The notes: generated from the sequence alone by a model not told the origin. DNA of 64,000 nucleotides from Centroscyllium fabricii (GCA_051313645.2 JBNRSN020000029.1:46562001-46626000); one strand, 5' to 3'. Shown: positions 22,948-38,150, counted from the first letter of the stretch. Translations and numbers: made by a program.

Positions 22948-25900
22948 CTACTTTATCAAGGTCATCCGTGCTGCTCCTCCCATTCCTATTGCCACAACTA
23001 ATTTTACTATAACTGGTATGTGAGAAGTAATGCGGATCCATGGGTGGATATTAACATTTATCCGACAATCCCATAGCTTCTCATACCACGGGACTTCCTG
23101 TAGTTCTACTTCTCTGTCCATTTCTAGTTCCCCAATGTTCCTTTGCAACATTACGTATTGTTTCACCATTTTACTTAAGCCCTCTTTTATCTCTTGCGAA
23201 TGCTCTTGCAGCTGGGGTATGGGAGCCCCCAACGGATCTTCAGAATTGACCGATTCGTTCCTTAAACTATCTGGCACATCTAGTTTCATTTCCTCCCTTG
23301 AGTGTACATACACCAATCTGGTGTGTCCAATTGTCACAGGGATCTTTGGTGTGAAGCAGAAGTTAGACATTGTGATTACACATACAAGGTTACTATATTG
23401 GTAATCAGTCTCTGTGGTGGCTATACAATACTGCCCTCTGCCTCTATATCCTGAGTGGGTGTGATTGTGAGCGACATGTGATATTCCAACACGCTCTGCC
23501 CTATTATAGCCGCATTCATCCTTAGGAACTTCTCCTACCGGATGTGGGCTTATCGTAAGCGTACCTTTCCCATGGCATCCGTTTATGGAGACTCCTCTTA
23601 TAATACGATTCTTCCTGGTGGCATCAATGGGATAGCATTGGAGGCATGTCTCACCCCTCACTGTGCCTATGTTTGTTACCTGGTACTGTGGTTATGGAGT
23701 CATAAATAGTCTCACCACTGGTATCATGAGTACCATGCCTATCATTGCTGTCACTTCTGCTTTGCATTTTTGATCCCTGGATATATGTTGGTCATCCTCT
23801 TGAGGGCACAAGCACTCAGCGGGCCTGGATTCTGCCTCAGGCCATAGAGCGGTGTGCTGTTAATCCAGTCTGGTATCTCACCTCGTTGTATCTGTGCCAG
23901 ATTGTGTTTTAACTGTCGGGTGGTCCATTGGCCATAGGCATGGCACAAGCCTCTCGCTACCCCATCTTTTGCCTGTTCTTCATCTCTATGGTTTAGTCTG
24001 TTGATAGTGCTAGCATGGTCTTCTATAACTTTGATTCCCTCAAGTAATTTCCTTATTGTGTGCTCTCCCAACTCTGATTCTTGTTGAACTAAACCAGATC
24101 TCTGTTGTATTACCCTTTGTAATTATTTCACACTACTCTGGACTCCTTGTATATCTAGGGCATTAATGAATGACGTCCACGTATTTATTCCTGTGAGTAC
24201 ATCGTTTCTTAAGCCCCTCTTAATTCTTTGGTGGAATGCAGCCTGTCCCCTGAAACTAACAGCCCCTGTTGCATCAGCAGCTTGGTTAATTACATTCCTT
24301 TTCATATATGCATACAACTCTCCAGTTTTAGTAAATCTTTCACAATATCCTGGCCATTATATTGGTTAAGTTCATTAGTACCGGTACAATTTTGTGTCTC
24401 ACATTATCATACAATTGTTCTCCCTCGGTAAATTACACCACTCCATTTCTGGGCCCAGCCATCAATTTCAGACACCTCCGTTCTTCAGGTGTCATTGTGA
24501 TTGGGGGTGTTGTTGGTCCTAGGGTTGCTCCTTGTGCTGTGATCCTTGTTGTTGTTGGTTGAGGTGTTGTAACACCGTGTACAATAGTTCATCTTATGAT
24601 ATTGTCATAAGAACATAAGAACATAAGAAATAGGAGCAGGAGTAGGCCAATCGGCCCCTCGAGCCTGCTCCGCCATTCAACAAGATCATGGCTGATCTGA
24701 TCCTAACCTCAATTTTATTTTAACTCTCCACCCCACCCAAACCCATGTGATCACCCGGGAGAGGCGAAAAACCAGATAAAAAACCCAGTAGCCAATTTGG
24801 GAGAAAAAATCTGGGAAATTCCTCTCCGACCCATCTAGGCGATCGAAAACTGGTCCAGGAGATCACATGGCCGATCTGAACCTATCCTCACGTCCACTTA
24901 CCTGCCCGCTCACCATAACCCCTAATTCCCTTTACTTCCAGGAAACTGTCTATCTCTGTTTTAAAATTATTCAAAGTAATAGCTTCCACAGCTCTCTGGG
25001 GCAGCAAATTCCACAGCCCCACCACCCTCTGGGTGAAGAAATTCCTCCTCATCTCTGTCCTAAATGAGTCACCCCTTATCCTTAGACTATGACCCCTGGT
25101 TCTGGACTCTCCTACCATCGGGAACATTCTTCCTGCATCAAGTCTGTCCAGACCAGTTAGAATTTTGTAAGTTTCGATGAGATCCCCTCTCAATCTTCTA
25201 AACTCCAGAGAGTACAAACCCAGTCTACCCAGTCTCTCCCCATACGTCAATCCTGCCATCCCAGGTATCAGCCTAGTGAATCTCCTCTGCACTCCCTCCA
25301 TGGCAAGAACGTCCTTCCTTAGATAAGGAGACCAAAACTGCACACAGTAATCAAGGCTTGGTCTCACCAAGGCCGTGTACAACTGCAGCAAGCCCTCCCT
25401 ATTCCTGTATTCAAAACCTCTCGCTATGAAGGCCAACATACCATTTGGCTTCTTAACCGCCAGCTGCACCTGCATGCTCACCCTTAGCGACCGGTGCACC
25501 AGGACACCCAGGTCTCGTTGTACTTCCCTTTCTCCCAATCTATTGCCATTCAGATAATAGTCGGCATTTCTATTTTTCCCCCAAAGTGGATAACCTCGCA
25601 TTTATCCACATTATACTGCATCTGCCATGTCTCGGCCCACTCGCCCAACCTGTCCAAATCATCCTGGAGCATCCTGCTATCCTTCTCGCAGCACACACGC
25701 CCTCCCAGCTTTGTGTCATCTGCAAACTTGGAGACATTACATTTAGTTCCCTTTTCTAAATCATTAATGTATATTGTGAATAGCTGGGGACCCAGGACTG
25801 AGCCCTGTGGTACCCCACTAGTCACTGCCCGCCACCCAGAAAAAGACCCATTTACTCCCACTCTCTGCTTTCTGTCTGCCAACCAATTCTCAATCCAAGT

Positions 25901-26728
25901 CAATACCTTGCCCCCAATCCCATGTGCCTTAACTTTAAATGCTAGTCTCTTGTGCGGGACCTTGTCGAACACCTTCTGAAAGTCCAAGTATATCACATCT
26001 ACTGGTTCTCCCTGATCAATTTTCCCAGTTACATCCTCAAAAAATTCCAGCAGATTAGTCAAGCACGATTTACCTTTTGTAAATCCATGTTGACTTTGTC
26101 CAATCCTGCCGCTGCTTTTCAAGTGCTCAGTGATTACATCCTTTATTATGGACTCCAGCATCTTCCCCACTACCGATGTCAGGCTTACTGGTCTGTAATT
26201 TCCAGCTTTCTCCCTACCACCCTTCTTGAATAGTGGGGTAACATTAGCCACCCTCCAATCCATGGGTACAGTTCCAGATTCCATCGATTGCTGGAAGATA
26301 ATCAGCAATGCATCTATTATTTCCAGGGCTACCTCCCTAAGTACACTAGGATGCAGACCATCAGGCCCCAGGGATTTATCGGCCCTCAATCCCTTCAATT
26401 TCCCTAACACCATTGTCCGTGCAGTTCAGGACATATCCTTCCCCTACTTGACCCAACGCCTGCCAGTGTCTATTAAATCTTACCATATTGCTGGTATCTG
26501 TCATTTTACAGAGTCCACATGGTTGTTGGTCCAAGTTCACCCAGATACCGTTACACCTGTAATATTCTTTTCCTTGTTTTTCACAATCGCAACTGTGTGA
26601 TATAATTAAGTTCCTCGTGGCATCTCCACTAGGGGATCTTGACCTGCAGTCCGTTATTTCAGCCTGTTATTTGGGCTTATAAGTGTTGGCAGCAGAGTAG
26701 TTATAATAAACCATCTCACTGGATCCAT
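22948..26728 (-). pseudogene. ERV env pseudogene, next copy
   Basis: Repeat copy with a 6-bp deletion near 23625. Confidence 0.85.
24607..26411 (-). mobile_element. 5'-truncated CR1/HER1-type LINE, copy 3
   Basis: Same as copy 1 with a few substitutions, TSD ATTGTC. Confidence 0.95.
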
Positions 26729-26744
26729 GTTTATCTGTAATTTA

Positions 26745-27031
26745 AACATGTTTTACTACCTCTCCCGTAAAGGTCAAGTACCCCCTTCTGACCCATAGTG
26801 TCATGTAATCATGCACCGACCCGAAGGCATAATGGTTGTCGGTGTAAACATTTATCCATTTATTTTTTGTTATTTCCAACGCTTTTATTAAAGCCACTTG
26901 TTCCGCTACCTGTGCCGACTTATCGCCATAAAGGGTTCATTTTAACAGGGGATTTCCTTCTTGATTTACTACTGCCATCCTGTTCTGTGTTCTCCATTGA
27001 TATACTTTCGGGATCCATCTACATAGATAAT
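26745..27031 (-). pseudogene. Retroviral-type RNase H fragment, copy 3
   Basis: Repeat copy of 2593-2879. Confidence 0.85.
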
Positions 27032-27051
27032 TTATGGTAACTGCCATAACA

Positions 27052-28900
27052 CAACATGCCAGGGCAGCGAGATTATGACAAAAGTATGAGGGACGGTGAG
27101 CATAGGCTCTACCGAAGGAACCGCTACCCTCACCAGATGGAAATCGTCGACTGATGGAACAAAGCTATACACAACCAAGACCAACACCGCCTATAACCAC
27201 CACACCGAAATCCCTGGAATGTCCAAAAACATTCCCAGGACCCAAGGGAGGACTTTTATTAGTGGACAATGGCAGAATATTATATGATCACGTGGGCCAT
27301 ACTAGTGGGATTGAATTTGTCAACAATATATCTCCCAGCGTGGTGTAGCCCACAAGCCCAGCAGTTGCATGAAAACCCGAGAGAGAATGTTATAGACCAA
27401 GCTGCCCAGGCGCTGGGAACGCAGAGAAGGAGGGTTAGGAGGAAAAAAAGTATGTTAGGAGATGTAGGAACGGTATTTAACACAGGGACATTACTCGTTA
27501 ATGCCTTAGACATCGATGCAGCAGACAGGAGCTAGGAAACCTGAATGAAAAACTGAAACGTGTGTTGAAGCAGAGAAACACTGAGGCGCAACAAGGAAGT
27601 CAGCTGGATAAGTAACAAAAAGCTAAACATGATGGAATGGCAATTACGAGGTCTAACCCAAGTATATCCCACAGAAACACACTGTATAACTAACCTCGCA
27701 CAATATCTGAGGTGGTTATGATGATCCCTGTAATGACCAAAGACCAAGCATCCTATCCCCTGTCCCAAGTAGAAAATATCAGGGTGAATCAGGGAAAGGG
27801 CCACGTGAGGTATTATCTGACGCAAAGCTACGCCACAAAAAAGGAGCCAACGTCTGGCGTAGAGAAAATGTTGGCAGGGATATCCCTGACAGGATGTAAA
27901 GAGTATGGAAATGCAGTAATGCTCCCGCACCCAGTAGGGACTGGAGAACAGACACAATGTGGATTCAATAAGACCACAAACTGTACTGTGGAAATCACAC
28001 AGGCTCGGTACGAGCCAACTCGTGTTGCATACAAAGGCAGAGGGGAATAATGTGTGACCACCAATGAAAAACGGTGCCATTACGGACCTCTCATATGCCC
28101 AGTCTACAATGCAAGCTTTTGCTTTAACCCCCAAGCACCATTGACAATCGGACACCAGCATTTGGTAGCAATATTGTAACGGGTGTAGGTTGGGCCCAAA
28201 TGCAATACACCGAAACAGCATATGTAGAAGTAAGGTACTTTAATTCTGGGCAGTAGAAGACACTAGTAACAGTGCGTCGATATATAGGCAGAAAGTTCAC
28301 GGAGGCAACTAGTCCCAAAACAGAGGTCAGGCAGAAGAGAATCCAAATGGCAAAAACAGATCAATACCGGGTAGTCAGTCCACGAAAGTGACAAATCCAA
28401 AACGGGGTCAGGCAGAAGAGAATCCAATTTCCATAAAGCAGGTCAGTATCTCGAACAGGCAGGATCAGAGAGCTTAGAACAAAACACAGGTTATCTCAGT
28501 CAGAAAGCACAAACGATCTGGCAACCACTGTGTAGAAAGCAAGGGCTTATATACAGCTCCTGATTATCACTGGTGACTCTGGGCTGTTCAATCAGGTGCG
28601 AGCAGTAGAGCTAACGAGGTGATAACCAGTTAAAGGGGAAGAGCCAATCTATGACAAATATTTCAGAGAAAACAAGTGACCCTCAAGGCCACGGAAGAGA
28701 TTAAAGGGGACCCGCGAAATTAAAATTACATAATCCCCGAAGCACTCACAATCCCCCAAACTCCCAGAGCACCGAAGAGGAACAAGGTGTGGCGACTGAG
28801 CTGTTGTCAAACCCAATCGAGAGCAGTGGAGAGCAACCATTCCTCAGAGCAGTTCTCCATTATTTGAAATCCACAGATGTGGTGCAGATGGATTAATAAC
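27052..28900 (+). pseudogene. Second env pseudogene, copy 3
   Basis: Repeat copy. Confidence 0.8.
28175..28656 (-). mobile_element. Solo LTR, copy 3
   Basis: Repeat copy, TSD AATAT. Confidence 0.88.
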
Positions 28901-30894
28901 TTAAGAACATAAGAAATAGGAGCAGGAGTAGGCCCTTCGGACCTTCGAGCCTGCTCCGCCATTCAATATGATCATGGCTGATCTTCTACCCTACCTCCAC
29001 TTTCCTGCACTCTCCCCAGATTCCTTGATTCCCTTAATATCCAAAAACCTAGCGGTCTCTGTCCGACTGAGCAGCCACAACTTCTGAGGTAGAGAATTCC
29101 AAAGATTCACCACCCTCTGAGTGAAGACATTTCTCCTCATCTCAGTCCTAAATGACTGACACCTTATTCTGAGACTGTGATCCCTGGTTCTAGACTCCCC
29201 AGCCAGGGAGAAACATCCTGCCTTCTTCTACCCTGTCAAGCTGTGTCAGGATTTTATATATTTCAATGCAATCCCGTCTCATTCTTCTAAACGCTAGGGA
29301 ATATAGGGCCATACTAATGCAAGGAACTTTTGGTAATGCTAAGCAGGTTTCTAAATAAAGGAGATATTCAATGGCTGGAGGTAGTGCAGAGAAGACAAAA
29401 AAGGTTCAGCTATAGAGCGTGAGGCCCGAGCTAACAGCGAGTACTGAAGGATTTATTCTTATTTTCCACGAAAGGCCCGCCCATGCTATTTGATTTTAAA
29501 TCCACAGTAAACAAACTGGATGAAAACTGTGAGGTTGGGCAAAAATCAAGCCAGAAATTCCACATGGTGCCCACCAGTCACAGAAGGCATCAGTGAAACT
29601 GCATGCTGGTGCTTAAAAGGCCACACGGGCAGAATCAGTAGCTCGATGTGTTGGCAAGATGTCAGGAAGGGACGGCAGCCTGCCAGATGATCCTACACTC
29701 CGAACCTATGGGGCCGTGGACTTCCCCAGGGCCTTGGAGCAGACGGAGGTCGCCTCAAGCTTCTCAGCCTGTGTGACTGAGAATAAAGGGGGCGGGAGAG
29801 AAATGTAACCAAAAGATACGAGCAACCCCTCAAATAGAGGGCCAAAGGCAACAACAACAACTTGCATTTATATACCACCTTTAATTTAAGAAAACATCCC
29901 AAGACGCTTCACAGGAGTGTTACAAAACAAAATTTAACACCGAGCCACATAAGCGGATATTAGGGCAGGTGATCAAAAGCTTGGGCAAATGTTTTAAGGC
30001 ACTCCGTCAAGGAGGAAAGAGAGGTTGAGAGGTTTAAGGAGGGTCTTCCAGAGCTCAGAGCCTTGACAGCTGAAGGCACGGTCACCAGAGACGGAGTGAT
30101 TAAAATCAGGGATGCTCAAGAGGCCAGAATTAGAGGAGCACGGATATGTCGGAGGTTTGTGGAGCTGAAGGATATTACAGAGATAGGGAGGGGCGAGGCA
30201 TTGCAGGGAATTGATTTGGAGGATGAGAATTTTAAAATCGAGGCTTTGCTTAACTAGTAGCCAATGTAGGTCAGTGAGCACAGGGGGTGATGGGTGAACG
30301 GGACTTGGTGCGAGTTAGGACTAGGGCAGCAGAGTTTGGGATAGACTCAAGTTTACACAGCGTAGAATGTGGGATGCCAGCCAGGAGTGCGTTGGTTTAG
30401 TCCAGTCTAGAGGTAACAAAGAAATGGCCGGAGAATTTCAGCAGCGGATGAGGTGAGGCAAGGGACGGGCGATGTTACGGAAGTTCTTAGTGATAGCGCG
30501 GATATGTGACTGGTGAAATTCCACTTTTTCACCCTTGCAACCAGGCAATAAAGGCAGTTTTTTAAAAAAAAGTTAAGAAACGTTAAAGGCGTCGAATAAA
30601 GGCAAATTGTTGTTGAAACAAAGTAGCAAAGTCAATGGCCATGGGTCACAGCTTGTACTGGAGGGCTACAATAATATGCTAATGAAGGATGGACAATGCG
30701 ACGATTCCTATTCGCTGAATCAAGAGTTTGGAATGTTTCTTCTTGCCTCGTGAAATAAAGACCAATCAAAAACAAAGGCAACAGATTAAACCAATCAACA
30801 ACTACGGCATTCCGATCCTTCTAAAGGGTATAAAAGGAGCGGGGAGCGGCAGCCTGCCCCTCATTCAATTGTTGAGAGGTGTGAAGCGCGGAAA

Positions 30895-31302
30895 ATGTCG
30901 GGCCGTGGTAAAGCCGGAGGAAAAGGACGCGCCAAAAGCAAGACCCGCTCCTCCCGAGCCGGTCTCCAGTTCCCGGTCGGCCGAATCCACCGGCTGCTGC
31001 GCAAAGGTCACTACGCCGAGCGGGTGGGGGCTGGAGCCCCGGTCTACCTGGCCGCCGTCCTCGAGTATCTGACCGCCGAGATCCTGGAGCTGGCCGGTAA
31101 CGCGGCCCGCGACAACAGGAAGAGCCGCATCATCCCCCGCCATCTGCTGCTCGCCATCCGCAACGACGAGGAGCTCAACAAGCTGCTGGGCAGGGTCACC
31201 ATAGCCCAGGGCGGGGTCCTGCCCAACATCCAGGCCGTGTTGCTGCCCAAGAAAACCGGTCAGCCCAGCAAGGTTTACGCCAAAGGAGACAAACCTCAAT
31301 AA
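30895..31302 (+). CDS. H2A: Histone H2A variant, copy 3 (T6A, E41)
   Basis: ORF track, stem-loop downstream. Confidence 0.97.
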   Translation: MSGRGKAGGKGRAKSKTRSSRAGLQFPVGRIHRLLRKGHYAERVGAGAPVYLAAVLEYLTAEILELAGNAARDNRKSRIIPRHLLLAIRNDEELNKLLGRVTIAQGGVLPNIQAVLLPKKTGQPSKVYAKGDKPQ

Positions 31303-31958
31303 ATAAATCGATTCAACAACAACCACAAAGGCTCTTTTCAGAGCCACCCACCTCCTTTCTAAAGAACTTCAGCCAGATTCTCTCTAACTTAGTTTGGGGG
31401 GGAAATTTAGCGAAGATTTACTTTCAATCTTGTATCGTTGTGACATCTGCCAGCGGACTTTTGTTTTGGGAGATTTGTTGATAAAATGTTTTCACTCGAC
31501 ATTTTTCGTTTTATACTTTAATAAAAATGTATTGGGGGAAATAATGTTACTGGGGTGTGGCTGTAACTCATTGTTTCCAATTATGAATCGGCTGTAAATT
31601 GAAAATCTGAATTCGCGGCCAACAGTATAAACGTCACATTTAACTTATGGCCTGTGGAGGTGTCACATGAGAGTTTGAGATTTTATATATATATAGTTTC
31701 TGGATTTTGCTCCAGCAAATTAAGGTTTCCCCCATCATTTCGTGGCAGCGGCTTCTGGCAAAAAAAACTTGATACGTGACTGATTTGTGCAGATTCAACA
31801 TGTGATGTATCAAGAATCAGCCAATTGGAATAGAGAATTTGTAATCCTTCATTAGCATTAAACTGTCTATATAATGGAGGAGTTGGGGGGCTCTATTTGT
31901 ATGTTGCTTTGTGTTTTTATCAACTATTTGACGTGAAGAAGGAATTGAAGGGCTTGCC

Positions 31959-32369
31959 ATGCCGACTGTTCCTGCTGTTTCCACCAGTTCCACCACAGCC
32001 GGTGCCAAGGGCGCCGTCTCCAAGAAAGGCTCGAAGAAAACCGCCATGAAAATGACCAGGAAAGGGGTCAGGAACTACAGGAAGAGGAGGAAGGAGAGTT
32101 ACAGCATCTACATCTACAAGGTGCTGAAGCAGGTCCACCCCGACACCGGCATCTCATCCAAGGCCATGAGTGTCATCAACTCGTTCGTCAACGACATCTT
32201 CGAGCGAATCGCCTGCGAGGCCTCACGCCTGATCCATTACAGCAAACGCCAGACCATCTCCTCCCGGGAGATCCAGACCGCCGTCCGCCTCCTGCTCCCG
32301 GGGGAACTGGCCAAGCACGCCGTCTCGGAAGGGACGAAGTCTGTCGCCAAATACACCAACTCCAAGTAG
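31959..32369 (+). CDS. H2B: Histone H2B variant, copy 3
   Basis: Identical protein. Confidence 0.97.
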   Translation: MPTVPAVSTSSTTAGAKGAVSKKGSKKTAMKMTRKGVRNYRKRRKESYSIYIYKVLKQVHPDTGISSKAMSVINSFVNDIFERIACEASRLIHYSKRQTISSREIQTAVRLLLPGELAKHAVSEGTKSVAKYTNSK

Positions 32370-33246
32370 AACCCCCACTCTCCCCAAAAAACCCTGCAAT
32401 TAAATCACCAAACGGCTCTTTTAAGAGCCACTTCACAAAGTCTTAAGACGGAGCTATAAAACAAAACAGACCTTTGAACAAATACTTTTGTTAGGCTGTA
32501 TGTTAATGCAATGAATTGCCAAAATAATCGTCTGGTTAATTCATCTACATGCGTGTTCTATTTATAAAAGCTGTTTTAATTCGCAAGTTATTTTTGATTA
32601 CAAGAGTCCCCGAAGAGACTGGGAAATTCACGGGGAAGGGAGCAATCAGCTCTCAGTAAACAACTCAGAGAAGAAGAATGTCGGTTGAAGAATTTACTCT
32701 TTATATTCAAACCCAGGTGTACAGCGAAGATCAATGTTGCCGGAACGCCAATGTTGTGGAAAAAAGCGGGTAAAATATGAGGTAGCTCAAACATTAATGT
32801 TAAGTGACGCCACGTTTCGGCCTTCGAAGACCTTTGTTCTGGTCAGGGAAAGGGGAGAACTTTACAAATGACATTTAAGGTCGAAACACGTCGCAAGACG
32901 CTTCACGGGTAATTGGATAAAGAGACGCTCAAGGCTTTACAGAGAGTTGAGCAGAAGTTTAATGAAAGAAACATAAGATTCAGAAGAACTTCGACGGGAG
33001 AAAGAGAGAATATCTCTGGAAATAAAGAATCGCTCTGAGGTGATACACGCTTTGGAAAGAAGGCGACTTTGTTTTGTGTTTTGTTAGCGGGCGTTTTTTC
33101 TGATGAGACCTTTGGCTCTGCAGCGTCCGGTTCGCCTGGTTAAATAGCGCCGGCTGCTGGAAACACTTCATTCCCCCAGCACACACTCAGAGAAAGATAG
33201 AGAAAAGATCGACGAATCAGATTAATGAACACCTTAAATATCAAAC

Positions 33247-33262
33247 GGCTCTTTTCAGAGCC
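33247..33262 (+). terminator. Orphan histone stem-loop, copy 3
   Basis: Identical motif. Confidence 0.92.
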
Positions 33263-33861
33263 ACAAAAACATTCACAAAGAGCCGGACCGGGGGGTTGGG
33301 TGTGTATAAAAGGAAAATTGCAATTGACCCGATGGTATATTACCAAAATCATCTTTATTGAAAAATAGAAAACAAATTATTTTCCCATTACGATACCGGA
33401 AATGATTAAAAATTCGATTGAGGTTTTTTCCTGAAGTATGCTTTCCAGGAATCATATGATATACGAACCAATATTGGTTTTTAACTCGTATTTTAAAGGT
33501 GGTTAAATTGTCGACAGCTGCAGAGCTGTGACAAGTGGTGGGGCGGGAGACTCGGAAGACCCGGAGTCCTCAACCCGGGCGCCACTTTCAACAGTCCTCA
33601 GCCAGGTCCGCACCTGCAGCTTTTGCCTGAAATTGTTAATTTTGTTCTATTTTTCGTTTCAGTAATGAGACTATCTCTCTGAAAATGCTAAATTGTCGCA
33701 ATCAAATCCTGTCGTGCAGAGCATGATTGTTACTGCACGTGTTTATTGCAATGTGCATATCGTGAAACTATAAACATATTTATGAACTCCTGCGGTTGCG
33801 GCGATGCCTTGTAGATGGCATTTAAATTCTGTTAGTTATTGACACAATTGCGGTAGGTAAG

Positions 33862-34687
33862 TGTAAGGGTAAACCGGGAGAGCTTCTTCTCCCCGAGACG
33901 GACCCGCTGATATAAAGGGTCGACATCCGCCTTATTCCCAATCAATCACTCGGTGTCCGGAGGTTCGTTCAGTTAAGCAACTTTCTACAAGTCGACAGGG
34001 GAATCACTCATCCTGGGATGAATGCTCCCCCATCGCTGAAAACCTCCTGCTTTATATATAGGTTTTGTTCTCAGTTGCGGCTACTGTTTGCAATTAGGTG
34101 CAATACACGTATACATTTATTTCTTCATACAGTTGGCTTCGGGTGCAAATTCTTTTGACCCCAAACGTAATCTCTCAATATATTCCTCAGTTAGTGATTC
34201 ATGGTTTGTGTTCTTTGGCCACGCTACACCAGACCTCAGTTCTGTTCACAGAAACACAGAAGATAGGAGCAGGAGTAGGCCATTCAGCCCTTCGAGCGTG
34301 CTCCGCCACTTTTGATGAGATCATGGCTGATCATCCAAACCCAGCACCCCCCTCCTATCCTCTGCCCATATTCCCCGACACCCCCAACTCTAAGAACTAT
34401 ATATCTCACACACATACTCATGAGCAATTTTTAGTCTCACAAATTATCTAACCTGCATGACTTTGGGTGGTGGGAGGAAACCGGAGTACCCGGTGGAAAC
34501 CCACATGAACACGGGGAGAACATGCAAACTCCACGCAGAGAGGTCCCGGGCCAAGCAGGATTGGAACCCAGGAGGTCCTTATTGCGAGGCAGCAGTGCTA
34601 ACCACTGCACCACCGTGTAGTCCTTATATGGTTGGAGATTTACTCTGTGCCATAATCCCCTCATTTTAGCCCTTCTTAACCCTTTCA
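33862..34687 (-). mobile_element. ERV 3' LTR, copy 3 (diverged)
   Basis: Same termini and PPT, more substitutions. Confidence 0.78.
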
Positions 34688-35031
34688 GTCCCCCTTTTGG
34701 TCCTGATTAATCCCTTTTAATCATTGACCAACCCTATTATTTGTTCCAATTACGGTATCCCGCCGGGGTGGTGATCAAATCCAACCCATTGGGTCACCTA
34801 GTTTATCTAATCACATTGTACTGATTTCTATGCCGCCTACATCGTTTGCATCGTCCTATTATCCACCCAAATACATAGGTTATAAGCATTAATGTTATTT
34901 GTACTATACGTCCGTTAAGCAGGTCTTTCTCCGAAGCTTTCGCTCGTTCGTAGTGATAGTCCGTCTGCTCGATGGGAATCTGCCCAGGAGGTTTCGATAA
35001 CAATTTCTATAACAATGAACAGCATACATCA

Positions 35032-35960
35032 CTACTTTATGAAGGTCATGTACATTTCTTCCATTTTCTGTTTTCTACATTTTTTACAGGCGCCGCGTGC
35101 TGCTCTTCCCATTCCTATTGCCACAACTAATTGTACTATAACTGGTATGTGAGAAGTAATGCGGATCCATGGGTGGATGTTAACATTCATCCGACAATCC
35201 CACAGCTTCTCATACCACGTGACTTCCTGTAGTTCTACTTCTATGTCCATTTCTAGTTCCCCAAGGTTCCTTTGCAACATTACGTATTGTTTCAACATTT
35301 TACTTAAGCCCTCTTTTATCTCTTGCAGATGCTCTTGCAGGTGGGATATGGGAGCCCCCAACAGATCTTCAGAATTGACCGATTCGTTCCTTAAACTATC
35401 TGGCACATCTAGTTTCATTTCCTCCCTTGAGTGTACATACACCAATCTGGTGTGTCCAATTGTCACAGGGATCTTTGGTGTGAAGCAGAAGTTAGACAAT
35501 GTGATTACACCAACAAGGTTACTATATTGGTACTCAGTCTCTGTGGTGGCTATACAATACTGCCCTCTGCCTCTATATCCCGAGTGGGGGTGATTGTGAG
35601 CGACATGTGATATTCCAACATGCACTGCCCTATTATAGCCGCATTCATCCTTAGGACCTTCTCCTACCGGATGTGGGCATATCGTAAGCGTACCTTTCCC
35701 ATGGCATCCGTTTATAACGACTCCTCTTATAATACGATTCTTCCTGATGGCATAGGTATCAATTGGATAGCATTGGAGGCATGTCTCACCACTCATTATG
35801 CCTATGTTTGTTATCGGGTACTGTGGGTATGGAGTCATATCTAGTCTCACCACTGGTATCAGGAGTACCATGCCTATCATAGCTGGCACTTCTGCTTTGC
35901 ATTTTTGTATCACTGGATATACTCTGGTCATCCCCTTGAGGGCACAAGCACTCAGCGGAC
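35032..35960 (-). pseudogene. ERV env C-terminal part, 299-aa open frame, 5'-truncated by deletion
   Basis: ORF 35032..35931 keeps the TM and a CKKCRKQK cytoplasmic tail. Confidence 0.85.
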
Positions 35961-36991
35961 CTGTCAGGAAGGGACGGCAGCCTGCCAGATGATCCTATAC
36001 ATCCTAACCTATGGGGCCGTGGACTTCCCCAGGGCCATGGAGCAGATAGCGGTCCCCTCGAGCTTCACAGCCTGTGTGACTGAGAATAAAGAGGGTGGGA
36101 GAGAAATGTAACCAAAAGATACAATCAACCCCTCAAATAGAGGACCAAAGGCAACAACAACAACTTGCATTCATACAACACCTTTAATGTAAGAAATCGT
36201 CCCAAGGCTCTTCACAGGAGTGTTACAAAACAAAATTTAACACCGAGCCACATAAGGAGTTATGAGGGTAGGTGACCAAAAGCTTGGGCAAAGGTTTTAA
36301 GGAGCGTCGTTAAGGGGGAAAGAGAGGTTGAGAGGCGGAGTGGTTTAAGGAGGGACTTCCAGAGCTCAGGGCCTTGGCAGCTGAAGGCACGGTCACCAGT
36401 GGCGGAGCGATTAAAATCAGGGATGCTCAAGGGGCCAGAATTAGAGGAGCACGGATATAACGGAGGGTTGTGGGGCTGAAGGATATTACAGAGATAGGGA
36501 GGGGTGAGGCCATGTACTAGGGCAGCAGAGTTTGGGATAGACTCAAGTTTACACAGCGTAGAATGTGGGACGCCAGCCAGGAGTGCGTTGGTTTAGTCCA
36601 GTCTAGAGGTAACAAAGAAATGGACGGAGAATTTCAGCAGCGGATGAGCTGAGGCAAGGGCGGAGACGGGCGATGTTACGGAAGTTCTTAGTGATGGCGC
36701 GGATATGTGACTGGTGAAATTCCACTTTTCCACCCTTGCAACCAGGCAATAAAGGCACTTAAAAAACAAAAACATTAAGAAACGTTAAAGGCGTCGAATA
36801 AAGGCAAATTGTTGTTGAACCAAAGTAGCAAATTCAATGGCCATGGGTCACAGGTTGTACTGGAGGGCTACAATAATATGCTAATGAAGGATGGACAATG
36901 CGACGATTCCTATTCGCTGAATCAAGAGTTTGGAATGTTTCTTCTTGCCTCGTGAAATAAAGACCAATCAGAAAGAAAGGCAACAGATTAA

Positions 36992-37486
<495 letters not shown>

Positions 37487-37699
37487 GGAGACAAACCTCA
37501 ATAAATAAATCGATTCAACAACAACCACAAAGGCTCTTTTCAGAGCCACCCAGCTCCTTTCTAAAGAACTTCAGCCAGATTCTCTCCAACTCAGTTTAAG
37601 GGGAATAAACTCCAGCTTAGATTTTCTTTCAATCGACACCAAGAGTAAATCAATCAATTAATAAACGCAGGGAGGAAACCAAGATTGCAACCAGTAATG

Positions 37700-38150
37700 T
37701 TAAAAGAAATGAAAGATCTTTACACGGCGCCTTTTCCCCACCTCAGGAGACCCAAAGCGCTTTACAGCCAATCCAGTACTAATTTTGAAGTGTAACAACT
37801 GTTGTAATGTAGGAAACGTGGCAGCTAAATTGCGCACAGCAAGCTCCCACAGACAGCAACGTTATAATGACCAGATAATGGTGGTTGAGGGATAAACATT
37901 GGCCCAGGCCACTGAGCAGAACTCCCCTACTCTTCAAAATAATGCCGTGGATCTTCTGCGTCCACCCCAGAGAGCAGACCAGGTCTCACTTTAAGGTCTC
38001 GTCCTAAAAACGGCGCCTCTGACAGTGCAGCGCTCCCTCAGCCCTGCTCTACATTGTCAGCCGGGATTTTGGTGCTCATGTCCCTGGAGTGAGATTTAAA
38101 CCCACAACCTTCTGACTCGGACACAAGTGTGAATGTCAACTGAGCCACTG
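37700..38150 (-). mobile_element. tRNA-headed Deu/SacSINE-like SINE (relatives at ~41320-41780, ~42060-42360, ~44150-44400, ~52636-52815, ~61650-61880)
   Basis: Shared GCACAGCAAGCTCCCACA core and GCTCAGT..CTGAGTCAGAAGGT..GGTT(C/T)AA tRNA-like head. Confidence 0.7.
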
